A DNA stretch of 64,000 nt from Mobula birostris (taxonomy: Eukaryota): NCBI RefSeq assembly GCF_030028105.1, contig NC_092382.1:99588699-99652698 (forward strand), read 5' to 3'. The position numbers and the translations under genes are program-made. The notes below the pieces were generated by a model. That model had not been told where the DNA came from. It worked only from the letters and a program-made list of their open reading frames with translations, and did not search any database. Positions within the stretch are counted from its first letter, which is position 1. Every line of letters starts with the position of its first letter. Of the stretch, positions 38,020 through 50,400 are shown one piece after another.

Positions 38020-40703
38020 CGGCAAGAATCCGCATATAGCCGACCGCCAATGAGCGAAATTCATAGTTCGTTTTCTTACAGGCATTCCCAGAAAACTGAA
38101 GATACACCAGATGAAAAACAATACATAACTGATGCTAAGACAGTTGTGCAGAATCTGGTAAATCGTGCAAATAATAAAACCAAATACATTGATAAGAACA
38201 CGAGTTGGAAAGTGAGTCCGTGGATTGTGGAATCAGTTCAGCCTTGACGTGTGAGGCTTTCCACGCCGGGCGGGTGTCAGACCTAAGGCTCCTGTGCCGA
38301 CTGTCTAGTGGAAGAATATTGTGAACATCAGGACAGTACAATGGTCTCACACTGTCCCGATGTATAACTAGGGGACTGAAGACATTTACACAATACTGCA
38401 GTAATTTTATGTACTGCACGGTACCGCTGCCGAAAACAAATAAACAAATTGACAGATGTTGGTTTTAGTAAACGTGATTCTGATGCGGGTCTCTTTAGTG
38501 GGATAGTAGTGGGAAGCGGGGAGAGAGAGTGTTATCATGGTTGGGAAATGGGGAGAGAGAGAAGCACCAAGAAGATATTCTATAATGATCAATAAATCAA
38601 TTTACAGCTGGAGTACGAGAGTTCTAAGGAAAGATTGCAGACGGCGTAGGTTGATTTAAGATGGGGTTTGCGTAAGTAGCCTTCTCGCAGCTTACAAATT
38701 TCCGAGGAGAAGAGATGAGGTGGTCGACCGTTGTCGTGTTGCGGCGATTGGGCTGTCTCGAGCGAATGGACACAGGGTTGAAGTCAGACATGGGGTGCTA
38801 CACTTTTCAGGCAGAGGCCGGTGGGAATGTGGAACGAGCTGTCAAGGAATGTCATATCCTGCACACCAGTGTCAAGGAAACGGAAGAATAGCAAGTCCGG
38901 ACCGATATAGAGAACAGAAGAATAATAATGAACGGAAACAATAAATTGTTGTTGTTCGTTCATCGTGACGTCGAAGAGGACATTGACACCATAATGATGG
39001 TGTCGAGACTAGCGCGTAATTTAGATTTAACTGAGGGAGAGTTGCGCAGCGTCAGCCTCACTCTCTCTTCCCAATTCCCATCTGGATCCAGTGGCAAGGC
39101 AGAGTCTCGACGGCTGGAGATGGGACTAGGCGCAGTGGATGACCAGGACGTCTTCTGTGTCTTGTCCTGCTCTACACGTTCCACGACGTTTGCAGAGACC
39201 GCCTTCTTGACCATTGGACCTGCCATTGGTCTCGTCCGCTCAATCCGCCGGAGTCTGTCTTCACATGCTGGGATGGACAACTCCCTATCTCACCGAGGGT
39301 TTGAGACCCGTCGGCTACCTTCACTTGGTTTAGCTGGCTTGTCGAAGCCGTTGCTCGGGGTGTGGCCGCTGTCGCTTGCAAACAACTACGGGGAGCCACA
39401 GATGAGAGCTGAGTGCCAGGTGGGGATCAAAGGTGGACTAACCGCCCTGAAAAGGACACGACATGTTCCGGGGAACATGTCGCGAAACAATTAATACAAA
39501 TACATAAAATAGCTCATATCAATCCATGAGGTTATATTAGGCTATACATACTCTGTGACTGACGGGAAATAATAAGAGAGCAGTGATAGTTGCGGGAAGA
39601 GGGGGGAGGGGTGGGTGAGTGGATGGAAGTATCGATCAGGCACACTGTTTGGGGAAGGGAATTGTTTTATGAGGCTGATAATCATGGCGCGGATGCAACG
39701 TATCCTCTTCCTTGCTTCGATTGGAACAAACAGCCCATGAGAAGAGTAGGCGAGATCATTCATGATGATACCGGCAAGTTTGCCAGCGCCTTTCTGTATA
39801 ATTGTCATTGATGGCGGGGAGGAGTTTGCATGTGATGTGCACAGTCAGGAGTTCGAAACTGCTCACAGTGTAGACTGTTGTGCCATCGGTGTGAAGGTGT
39901 TTGTGAATGCGGCGATTTCTTCTGAATTTGATTTGAAAAAATCCCTCTTGTCTTGTTGACGTTGTTATATGCCTGGACCCAGGCCTCGATGTCTACCACC
40001 CCCTCTACCACGCCTCGTGCAGAGTCGCTTGGGTGACATCGGGGAACTTGTCAACGTGATTGGCCGGGTGTTTGGCCGTGCGGTCACGTGTGCAGAGTGT
40101 ACAGCAATGGGCGCCACACGGCGCCCTGGGGGATACCGGTGCAGAGGATGATGGGGAGGGAGTAGCAGTTGTGCATCCTGAGTATGTGAGGTCAGTTCGT
40201 CAGGAAGTCCAATTCACAGTTGCATTGCGGGGTATTTCTATCGATTAGTCGATGTTGTCACAGTTACGACATTTCAGTGCCTATCCGATGAATGGGCAAG
40301 CTGCACTGTCGCGCCTGTTTCTCTGCAGGATGACAGCAGGGGGCGCTCTAAGACCAAACGGAGCGGCAGTGACTTCTGAATGGGGCAGTTGTCAGTCGCC
40401 GATCTCGACCTTGCAATGCAAAAGTCCACATTTTCAAACCAAGCATCGTCACAGCCCAGCTTTCACTGGGGAAAACAACTTGACCTCGTTTTTTGACACT
40501 GAGACCGGTGTTGTCGAACCGAGGGACGGACGGCTTGAGGAAACCATGTTTTTGACGTACAGAAGCAGGTGTGTGCAACGGCAGACAAAGCTGCAACGGG
40601 AAACTCGGACGGATGGCCAGATAGATGGATTTATAGAGAGATACGTGGCAAGATAGTTTGCAAGATAGACCGATACATACAAATATATATGCATACATAA
40701 TAC

Positions 40704-43352
40704 ACACAAACGTACGTCGGCACCGTACCGTACTAATCAGCGCGTCGCTGCACAGCACCAGCAGCCTGGGTTCCGCTCCTTCGCCGTTTATAAGAAATTC
40801 GTAAGTTCCTCGCAGTGACGGCGTCAGTTCCCTTCGGTGCCCCAACTCCACCCTGGAAGGACGTAAGGGACAGGAGGTTAATTGATAATATTTATTTATC
40901 TGGACGTGGGGGGGGGGGGGATTCACTGGGTTGGACGGTTCTGTTACCATTTTTCTTTCACTTTTCTTTGAATGAAACTGAACTACCTATACGTTGAGAG
41001 ACAAACAAAGCGGCAGAAACTGTGCCCTAGAAACGGACACACAGGTCACACAACGAGAAAAATAACCCCTCATTTCATGTTTTGTCCCGCACATTTGCTC
41101 CGGCGGATACAATGAACATATATCGACCTTGTGTCTTCGCGCACTTCTGGTTTCTGCTCTGAATGCAACGTCATGCAGCGAGGGAGGGATGGGGATGCCA
41201 ATGACAGAATCGGGGACGGGGCGTTGCAAGCCAGACTGTAACCTTATACAGTCATTATATCTGTCCTCACGCTCCGAACAGGCCCTGCTCTTCCTGAAGG
41301 AGAACTTTACGTGAAGGATGCTTTTGTTAATGGCGTTTGTGACCTGCTTGTACAGCAAGGAATATTCAAATCCAATGTTCCCTGCTTCCGTGTTTGCATT
41401 CCTTCTTTCTCATTCTGTCTTATCCACTTTTCCACATTATCTTTACGTCACGTCCACTTCCTTACCCTGTGAGTATCATCTTTATGGACCCCTGTTCTTC
41501 CTCCTGCGTATTTTCCGAATTTGCTCTGCCATTATTTCCGCGCTTGGCCACTTTCAGAACTTATCCTGTCTCATCCTCGCGTTGCCTCGCACATTGCCTC
41601 CAGCTAACTCTCTGCATTTTCGCTCTCCTGTCTTCTCCGTCTCTCGCTCGCCCCACACCGCTCCTGTCTATCCATCGCTCTCAACCTCACCCCCGCTGTT
41701 CCTACCAGCTCAGCTTCGGCGCGTACCCTGCCTCTCCATTTTCCTCTCACCGTCCCCTACTGCTGCCATCTCCACTCTACTTCCTCCCATTTCTTTATTT
41801 ATCTGTCTACCTTTCAATAATTATCCCTCCTCGCTCCTTCCCTCCGCTTCGTGCTTTGACTCGGCACCGCCACACCCTTCCCTCATCCTCCCTATCCATC
41901 TATCTCTATCTATAAACCAGTCTTATCATTCTCCTTATCGATTTCTCCATATCTCTGTCTCATCTCTCCCTGGCGCGCTCTGGTTATTTCTCGATCACGT
42001 TCTGTTTTTCTGTACCTGCCTCTATTACACACAAACATACGGCGGCACCCTCACGTACTAGTCAGCGCGTCGCTACACAGCACCAGAAGCCTGGGTTCCG
42101 TTCCTTCCGCCGCCGATAAGAAATTCGTACGTTCCTCGCAGTGAGGGTGTCAGTTCCCTTCGGTGCCCCAACTCCACCCCGCAAGGACGTACGGGACAGG
42201 AGGTTAATTGGTCACATCTGTGTAATTGGGCGGCGAGGCTTCATTGGGTCGGATGGTTTTGTTAGCGAGTTTTCTATTTATGTTTTGAGTAAAACTGAAA
42301 TGCCTATGCAGAGAGAGAAACAAACAGGCAGAAATCGTGCTCGAGAAACAGACACACAGGTCGCACAACGAGAACAATAACTCTTCATTTCATGTTTTGT
42401 CCCGCACATTTGCTCCGGCGGATACAACGCACGTATGTCGACGTTGTACCTTCGAGCACTTCCGGTTTCTGCTCTGAATGCGACGTCATCCAGCGAGGGA
42501 GGGATGGGGATGCCAGTGACAGAAGCGGGGGCGGGGCGTTGCAAGCCAGACTGTAACATTATACAGTCATTATATCTGTCCTCACGCTCCGAACAGGCCC
42601 TGCTCTTCCTGAAGGAGAACTTTACGTTAAGGATGCTCTTGTTACTGGCGTTTGTGACCTGCTTGTACAGTAAGGAATATTCAAATCCAATGTTCCCTGC
42701 TTCCATGTTTTCATTCTTTCTTTCCCTCATCCTAATTCTGTCTTATCCACGTTTCCACATTATCTTTACGTCACGTCCTCCTCGTTCCCCTGTGAGTATC
42801 ATCTTTATGGACTCCTGTTCTTCCTGCTCCTCATTTTCCGGCCTTGCTCGTCCATAATTTCCGCGCATGGCCTCTTTCAGCACTTATCTACTCTCATCCT
42901 CGCGTTGCCTCGCACGTTCTCTCCAGCTAACTTTCTGCATTTTCGCTCTCCTTTCTTCTCCGTCTCTCGCTCGCTCCACACCGCTCCTGTCCATCCGTCA
43001 CTCCCAACCTCACCCACGCTCTTCCTGCCAGCACAGCTTCGGCGCGTACCCTGCCTCTCCATTCTTCTCTCTCTGTCCCTTATTGCTGCCTTCTCCACTC
43101 CACTTCCTCCCATTTCATTATTTATCTATCTACTTTTCAATAATTTTCCCTCCTCGCTCCTTCCCTCCGCTTCGTCCTTTGACTCCGCACAGCCATACCC
43201 TCCCCTCATCCTCCCTATCCCTCCATCTCTATCTATAAACCAGTCTTATCTATCTCCTTATCGATTTCTCTATATCTCTGTCTCATCTCTCCCTGGCGTG
43301 CTCGGGTTATTTGTCCATCACGTTCTGTTTTTTCTATACCTGCCTCTATTAC
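40704..43352 (+). repeat. Two-copy tandem duplication of a ~1325-bp unit (SINE, V promoter, leader, intron)
   Basis: 40704-42028 and 42029-43352 are collinear throughout, with TAC microhomology at the junction. Confidence 0.9.
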
Positions 43353-43754
43353 TGTCTGGACCTCTCTCCAGCGCACGGAGTCGCTGCCGTTACTGAATGT
43401 ATTTATTTTTCCCCCTCGTTTGTTCTTTAAATCACAAGCCGTGACTTCGACGGTGATCCGCCAGACACTCCACGCTGTTTCCGAGTCCCCCGGCCCGAAA
43501 CAAACTCGTCACTGCACGGTCGAGGGCAGCAGCAGCTACTGATTGTTCTGGTACAGACAATACCCGGGGAAGGATATTGTCGATGGCTGTTTTACTCGAT
43601 GGCTGCTCCAAGCGTGGCGCCGGACGCCGAGGTGGACGGGTTTACAGCCAGTCGACCGAAAAGCAATGAGTTCACTCTGAGCGTCAGCCGCCTGCAGCTG
43701 AACCACTCGGCCACATATTTCATATGGCATTGATAGGAGCCTCGAGCAAAAACC
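42633..43754 (+). pseudogene. V-beta-like (CAWS family) pseudogene: leader 42633-42669, V 43439 to ~43721, orphan nonamer 43746-43754
   Basis: Leader MLLLLAFVTCLY A|GTAAGG. V reads VTSTVIRQT...HCTVEGSSSY*LFWYRQYPGK, frameshift, then AEVDGFTASRPKSNEFTLSVSRLQLNHSATYF. Cys104 codons and heptamer are deleted. TGA at 43540. Confidence 0.88.
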
Positions 43755-45662
43755 CTCAGACAGCAGATGGTGAGGAGAACGAAGTAAGAGTAACTCTTGC
43801 ACCCAATTCCCGGTAACAGAAATGATCCACACTGTGGTGGGGAAACATTCTCAGCTTCTTCATTCCAGTTCCATATGCAGTGAAGTCCGCTGATAGCTTT
43901 GACTACCGTTACACCCGGGGATGGGCTGGGGACAGCCTGCCAATGTCGCCGCACATTCAGGCACCTACCGAGCAGGCCCATATTGTTCAATAGAATATCG
44001 AAAAAAGAACATTAAAGAAAAATGACAGAATAGACCAGAGCCCAATGCAGCCTCTTAAGTTCCTCCCTCCCACCCTAAAGCACATGCCCAGCCATCTAAC
44101 TCCAAGGAAAGCCGCCTATCTTTGGGATTGCAAGTACGGAGGAGGCTGCAAGGGGCGCTGTTGCACCAGGAAACACTGGAGCTGAAGAGCGCCGTGTCGA
44201 TTCAGCACCTGTTCTGATGAGGCTGTCTCCTTTAGTGAGGTCGTTAATCCTTACCGGACAGCAAATACGGGCCATGTTTACAGGGGGTTTTCGGAGCTGG
44301 CGGGTGTTCAGCTGAGCAACGAAACCTTTAGAGTTTCGAAGAATGTCGTATTCATTTATGTATTTGTCTATCTACCTTTCTATCTATCTATCTATTTATT
44401 TGTATATTTTTACTTGCTTTTTTTTTGAAATACAGTCCTTCAAGCCGCTCCGCCCACCCATCTAAGATTTCACGCTCGCCTAATCACGGCGCAGTTTGCA
44501 ACCAGCAATTAATCTACCAACCAGTACTGCGGGAAGAAAACGGACCATGGCGGGAGAACGTAGAAAAATGTTACATACAGCGACGTCACCTTATGTACCT
44601 GATGCCCCTCCCTCGCCTCCCTTCAGCCTCTTTTCCCATACACCCTACTCCTCTCTTCATTCATAATCTCCTCCTCTCCTTCATCTTTTTTTTTCCTGTT
44701 GCTCTTATCTCCTCTCCCCTCTCTCCCACTTGCTGCCATCCTCCTCATCTTATTAATCAACTTGCCTTTCACATCCAATGCCTGTCGTCTCCTGCATATC
44801 TCCATCATTGTTTCTCTTCCGAGTTCAAGCATGAAATTTGTAGCATGGAACCACAGCCTTGGCAACAAAAAACTAACTTCGACCTTTATAATTTTGTAAA
44901 CCGGTATGTCGTCAGCCGTTCCAGTGAAAATAAACCAGCCGATCATTCTTCAATACATCTGCAGTCCTCTTATCCTGGAAACACACCTATGAATATCCCG
45001 TCCGCTCTTCCTATTGTCGCAACACGATTCCTGCCCAAGCTGTGTTAAATATTGCGCTTGTGGTCCAACCCAGCACGACACCTTTCACCTTACACTCAGT
45101 GCTCTCCACCAGGAAGAGGAGGCCGTTTGTTCCTTCTCAGGGATGATGGTAGCAGAACGAAGTTCCGTCCCCAGTGAGATAAACATAGTTTTAACACAGA
45201 ACTATGGACGACGAAATTCACAGGGAAAATTTTAACTATAAATGCGATCGCAAGCAACAAAAAATCAGCTGTGGTTATACAAGTTCTGTTAATGATAGGA
45301 CTTTCAAAAGCAGGAAGGGCGTTACTTCTGGAAGAAAGCAGGAAAATGCAGACGTCGTGTCAGGGAAGAATCAAGTGAACGTCAATGCAATGAAATCCCA
45401 CTGTTTCTTTTCCACCTCACATTCCGGTAAATCGGCGTCAGTTCGGGGCTTGTCGGAGAGTGCTGGGTGTGCTGACGTCACAAGGCTGGTGTAAGAGCTT
45501 GCTTCTTGCCGGAAGATCGGCCACCTGCTCTCTCCTCGTTGTTCCCAAACCGTCTGCTTACAATCCACATCGCGTTTCCTCTGTCAAACAAAACAACAAA
45601 ACAGGACATGGCCACACGGCCACGTGTGCTCGCCTCTGCCACGCCGTTTACATGCAGTCTGG

Positions 45663-45701
45663 GGCTTTTGTCGAGCTCTTCCCTCTCGGCGAGTCACTGT
45701 G
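45663..45701 (-). other. 23-RSS (CACAGTG-23-ACAAAAGCC)
   Basis: Consensus heptamer 45695-45701, nonamer 45663-45671. Confidence 0.95.
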
Positions 45702-45997
45702 AATACTCCAGGCGCAAAAGTACACGGCCGAGTGATTCCCCCGCAGGCTGTTGGTCACCAGTTTGACCTCGTTAGCTTTCGGCGTCTGCAGGGTAAATCC
45801 ATCGACCTCCCCGTCGGGATTCTTAATATTAGCACCGTAGCTGTAGAACATGAACTGCGGCTCCTGCCCCGGGTACTGGCGGTACCAGTACACCTCATAA
45901 GTGCTGCTGCCCTCCAGGCTGCAGTTCAGGCTCATCAGCCTCCCCTGTGAACCGGAAAAAGCCGGAGGCGTCTGCTGGATCGTTTGCGAGTTCGCGG
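45702..45997 (-). CDS. TRBV: Apparently functional TCR V-beta V exon (CAWS family), inverted relative to its neighbours
   Basis: ANSQTIQQTPPAFSGSQGRLMSLNCSLEGSSTYEVYWYRQYPGQEPQFMFYSYGANIKNPDGEVDGFTLQTPKANEVKLVTNSLRGNHSAVYFCAWSI. Acceptor TTCCCCAG. Confidence 0.9.
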
Positions 45998-46340
45998 CTG
46001 GGGAAGAGAGGAGAGGGGTATGACCTCAGTAGGCAGGGAGACTCGGATCATGGAGACAGGGAGGAAAGAAGGAGAAAGAGAGATGCAGGAAGTAGAGGCA
46101 TATGGGGAGTAGAGAAAGAGGTGGGGAAGAAATAGAGAGAGCGAGAGAATAAAAGAAAATAATTATAATTGGATGGACGGAGGTGAGAACTAAATATCAA
46201 AGGAGCGCGACGATGGAATAAGTAAGAAAGAAACACAGAAGAGCGATGGGGAAACAAATAGTACAAGAATTAACGGAGCACAGGAAGGGTAATGTAGAAC
46301 TGGTTCCTTAAAATGCTCGCAAATTGAAACTCTCCTTTAC

Positions 46341-46377
46341 CGTGAAGCCAGACCAGCAGCTCCAATAACACGAACAT
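46341..46377 (-). CDS. TRBV: Leader exon of the 45.7-kb V
   Basis: MFVLLELLVWLH plus G|GTAAAG, 37 nt, phase 1, in frame with the V exon. Confidence 0.85.
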
Positions 46378-47011
46378 CTTTGAACTTAGACCGTTTCCTC
46401 CAAGTGGAAGGGAGATCGTAACGAACAACCTTTTGAATGCCTTGTCAGGTCATGGGCGAACGCATGAAGCTCCGCCTCTTACCCACACGTCACCGAGTTG
46501 CGACACCGGAAGCTTAGAGCTTGAATGGTGTGTGGATCAATTCATTTGCCGATTCGGATGACAGTCGAAAGGCCGGGCCCCATTCCAATTTCAGCAGGAC
46601 AACAGGAGCTGTCCCATCAGTCCTGGACACGACGATCTAACCTCAATGTCACAAATAGAGTCATTGTACCAATTTGGGAGGCGGAGAGAGGAATATAAGG
46701 AGGAAGGTACAGATTACGTTCAGCAGAAAGACAGATTACGTTCAGCAGAAAGACAGATTAATTTCGTATATGGTGGATCAAAGTGCCACCATGAATTGAA
46801 AATAACAGAGTTGTAGAATATATGTTACAGACTGTGACCTCTCGGCCCAAATGTTTATTGCTTCAGAGGTGTAAATGGTAGCGTCGTATACTAGTGCAAT
46901 ACGGAAACAATCGCTTTGGTCCAACTGGAAACCGCATATAAATAACCTCATAACTCCCGTCATGCAAGCTATGATCATGCCGTCCATTTGTCAGTGATGA
47001 CGATTGCAGTA

Positions 47012-47209
47012 GACATTGAAAGCGTGTAGCACGAAATTTTCCAGAAGTCAGCGAACAAAGCGAAGCAAAAGTGAATACCTGGCAACCAATTCGGCTGCGC
47101 GTTATATTTCGATAATGGGATTAACCGTCAAGCAACCGCTTTACTCTGCGACCCAGCAGCTGGGACTTGGACAACCCAAAGTCTTACTCTTGTGTAGAGT
47201 GCCACCGTG
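47012..47209 (+). pseudogene. Possible decayed V-delta-like remnant
   Basis: HEIFQKSANKAKQ (compare HKVLQRTTAKARP at 37.8 kb), then SSNRFTLRPSS.DLDNPKSYSCVE followed by heptamer-like CACCGTG at 47203. No nonamer. Confidence 0.45.
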
Positions 47210-47793
47210 CGGCGGTAATAAGTATAACCCCGAGACAGCAACTTGTGGAAAAGAGACAGTCACGACTACTGCGGGAATATTTGGCCATAAATGATGGTGC
47301 TGTGATGGAATCGACTGCGAGCCCACTAATCCTAACTATAACCCGCTCCCTGTAAATGCCTGCAAGAAAATGAATCTCTGGGTTGTCTATGGTGCCGTGT
47401 ACGTACTTTGATAGTACATTTATCTTGACTGGGACCTTGACTTTATCAAGGCCTGCAAAAATCTCCGGGAGCGCAGATAAGATGCGTCATCATTATTTTC
47501 CGGGGGTAAGAGGGATTAGCCCCAAATTGCAGAATTTAATATTAAGGGACATCTGTTTAAGCTCAGATGAAGTTAGACAGCTGGAATGAATTGTTGGATG
47601 AAGCAGTGGAGAAGGGCACGTGTACACCATTCGGGCAGGTACACCGATGGTAAAGCTTCAAGGATGTGTTGAGTAAATGGAGGTAAATAGAATTAAAGTA
47701 GACAGAACCATGAGGCACCTAAGTTGCTGGTTAACTTGACTATGAAGATGATCTTCTTTATCTCTATTCAGATCTTGAGGATGATCCGTGAGT

Positions 47794-47809
47794 CCTACAG
47801 GGGGCGCTG
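47794..47809 (+). promoter_or_regulatory. CTCF-like motif CCTACAGGGGGCGCTG
   Basis: Matches the CTCF core. Related + strand motifs at 40333, 44145 and 62607. Confidence 0.65.
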
Positions 47810-48105
47810 TTGAACCACGAATGCAAATCCTCTGTCGGTAGAGGATCTGTATTTTGAAAGCCTCCCTTTGCAGCTGAGGTCGTGAATCATTTTCTATCAT
47901 CGGGGATGTGGCTTCCATTCACAAAGATTTCTCGGCGGGCTGGCTGTTCCGCAGAGTTTGCAATATAACCGTCGCCGTGTCAATGAGAATGACCTGATAA
48001 TCTTCATTCAGCCCCACCATCGTTCCCCTGGGATATGGCTCAGTAACTCCTTCCTTGTCTGTGATACTGAAAGGCAATAGAATAATTGAAAAAAAATTGA
48101 TAATC

Positions 48106-48324
48106 NNNNNNNNNNNNNNNNNNNNNNNNNNNNNNNNNNNNNNNNNNNNNNNNNNNNNNNNNNNNNNNNNNNNNNNNNNNNNNNNNNNNNNNNNNNNNNN
48201 NNNNNNNNNNNNNNNNNNNNNNNNNNNNNNNNNNNNNNNNNNNNNNNNNNNNNNNNNNNNNNNNNNNNNNNNNNNNNNNNNNNNNNNNNNNNNNNNNNNN
48301 NNNNNNNNNNNNNNNNNNNNNNNN
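48106..48324. other. Assembly gap (219 N) in GATA-type repeat
   Basis: Run of N followed by (GATA)-like repeats. Confidence 1.
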
Positions 48325-48861
48325 AGATAGAGATATAGTTGGATAGATAAATAGATAGCTGGATGGAAAGGTACTTAGAAAATTTATGGATAGAAAGAAA
48401 GATAGATAGATGGATGGATAGACTTGTGTGAATCAAGAAGCAGTGGATAGGTTTTTCCTTCTTGCAAGAATTTCATGGTATCATGAAAATAATCGGGAGA
48501 AATTACAAAGAAAATAATATCAAAATTGTTATTCCCTTCTTAATTTGTAATACTGCATATTTTCCCCTTCATGATTACTAAACGAGAAAGCACCAGGGCG
48601 CGATGTGTTTCGCTTTTCCGTCCAGAACCGCTGCATCGCTCCTAATTCGCCACTGCGACAACTTCCCCACGTTCTCCCACCCCTCCCCATCTCAATTTGA
48701 TTGGCAATCAGAGAATGAACCAGGCGGCAACTACAGAGGAAATGACGTAGCGCCAATCAACCAATCCAATGGCGCCAGGAGCTATCAGATGGCACAATCT
48801 TCTGCTTCGAAAAGTTAGTCTTGAAACGCACTCCAATGCTAACCGGCATCTCGTAAAAATA

Positions 48862-49134
48862 ATGGTGCGTGGAGAAGATTGCGTTCTCTTAATCATGGAT
48901 TTGATCCCGTGTAAGCCAACACAGCAGAAGTTCAGAGAAAGGGCTACTATTCATTGGGAGATATTAGAATCTATTCGGATTTATATCTTATAAGGATTCT
49001 GTCCACGTACGTGGAGCAGTCGCCCCGTTCCCTGCAGCTTAATTGGGGAGATTCAACCACCATCCAACGCAGGCTGCTTAATACGTGCTACACCATTATG
49101 GATTGTTAAACACCTCGACACGTCAAGGCAATAG
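48862..49134 (+). pseudogene. CACS-family V unit 1: leader 48862-48910 and 5' half of V (48994-49134) truncated by L1
   Basis: Leader MVRGEDCVLLIMDLIP T|GTAAGC. V start ILSTYVEQSPRSLQLNWGDSTTIQRRLLNTCYTIMDC*. Homology stops at the L1 sequence. Confidence 0.75.
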
Positions 49135-50400
49135 GATTTGGATACAATTTAGAAAACACTGTGATTTACTGAGATTCTCCCTTTCTAGTCACAGTTTCCT
49201 AAAACTATTTTTAAGCCTTCTATGACCGCTGTAGTCTTTAAATAATGGGAAAGATTAGGCATTACATGCTTCCGGGATCTGTTTGTGGGAGGAGGTCTTT
49301 CTTCGTTTGAACAATTGCCAACTAAATATAGTTTACCAAAAGCCCACTTTTTCGGTACTTACAAATTAGAGATTTTCTGCGATCTCAATTATATACATTC
49401 CCTAATACACCTGATAAGAACATATTAGATGGAATTCTTAATATGAAACCATTCTATAATTGTTCAATACCCAATATTTATGATATGTTGTTGGGAATGA
49501 GAAATGCCTCTTTAGACAAGATTAAAATCTTTGGGAACAAGATTTACAGACCTGAATTTCTGAAGAAACTTGGAACGAGATTTTTAAATTGGTTAATACT
49601 TCACCGATATCTGCTTTTCATTCCCTCCTACAATGTAAAGTGGTTCATAGGGCTTATATGACCAAGGATATATTATCTCGTTTTTTTATAGGGATATATC
49701 TCCCTACTCTGATCGGTGTAACAAGGGAGAAGCTTCACTGATTCATGTGCTTTGGACTTGTCCAAATCTTGGAAAATATTGGAAGTATTCCAAACTTTTT
49801 CTGTACTCTTGAAAGTAAATTTAAGCCTGATCCTTTGACTGCCCTATTTGGTATTGCTGGAAGGAAAGATACAATTTTGAAGACATCTGATCTGCGCATT
49901 GTTTTTATCTCTCTTATGGCTAGAGGGGCGCTTTTGTTGAAATGGAAATATGCTGTTCCGCCTAATCATGCCCAGTGGTTACGGGATGTTATGGCACGCC
50001 TAAATTTAGAAAAGATTCGTTGTTCAGTTTCTGAAACTAACCAAGATTTTCAAAATTTGTGGGGGCCGCTTTTAAATTATTTTCATAATCTTTGACTTCT
50101 TGTTAAGGTATAGAAGTTGATTAATAGTATATTTTATTACCTGATAAGTTTCTTTTTTTCTTTTTTTCCCCCAAACAGCTTCGACTTTGGTAGTGCTTCT
50201 TTTAATAAAATTGTTTATATTCTAATATACGGATTAATCTAATCCATATGAATATAGACTAAGGAGTTCGTTAACGTGATTCAATATACTGTATTTGGTA
50301 TTATTATATTCTTTCTTTTGTATTATAATATGTATTCTCTCGAATTTTGTATTCTTCTATCTAGAAATCAATATAATATTGAAAAAGAAAAAGAAAGAAG
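49135..50400 (+). mobile_element. 3' fragment of L1-clade LINE with A-rich tail
   Basis: ORF 49745-50095 (KPDPLTALFG...ARGALLLKWK...NLEKIR) resembles the L1 ORF2 C-terminus. A-rich tail at ~50380-50400. Confidence 0.75.

Noticed and set aside
38928-40250. ORFs of 100-190 aa at 38.9-40.2 kb
   Set aside because: No recognisable domain. Probably off-frame readings of decayed LINE fragments.
41318-42061. 247-aa ORF and overlapping ORFs in 41.3-43.4 kb
   Set aside because: Read-through of a leader into pyrimidine-rich intron sequence with low-complexity S/P/L content.
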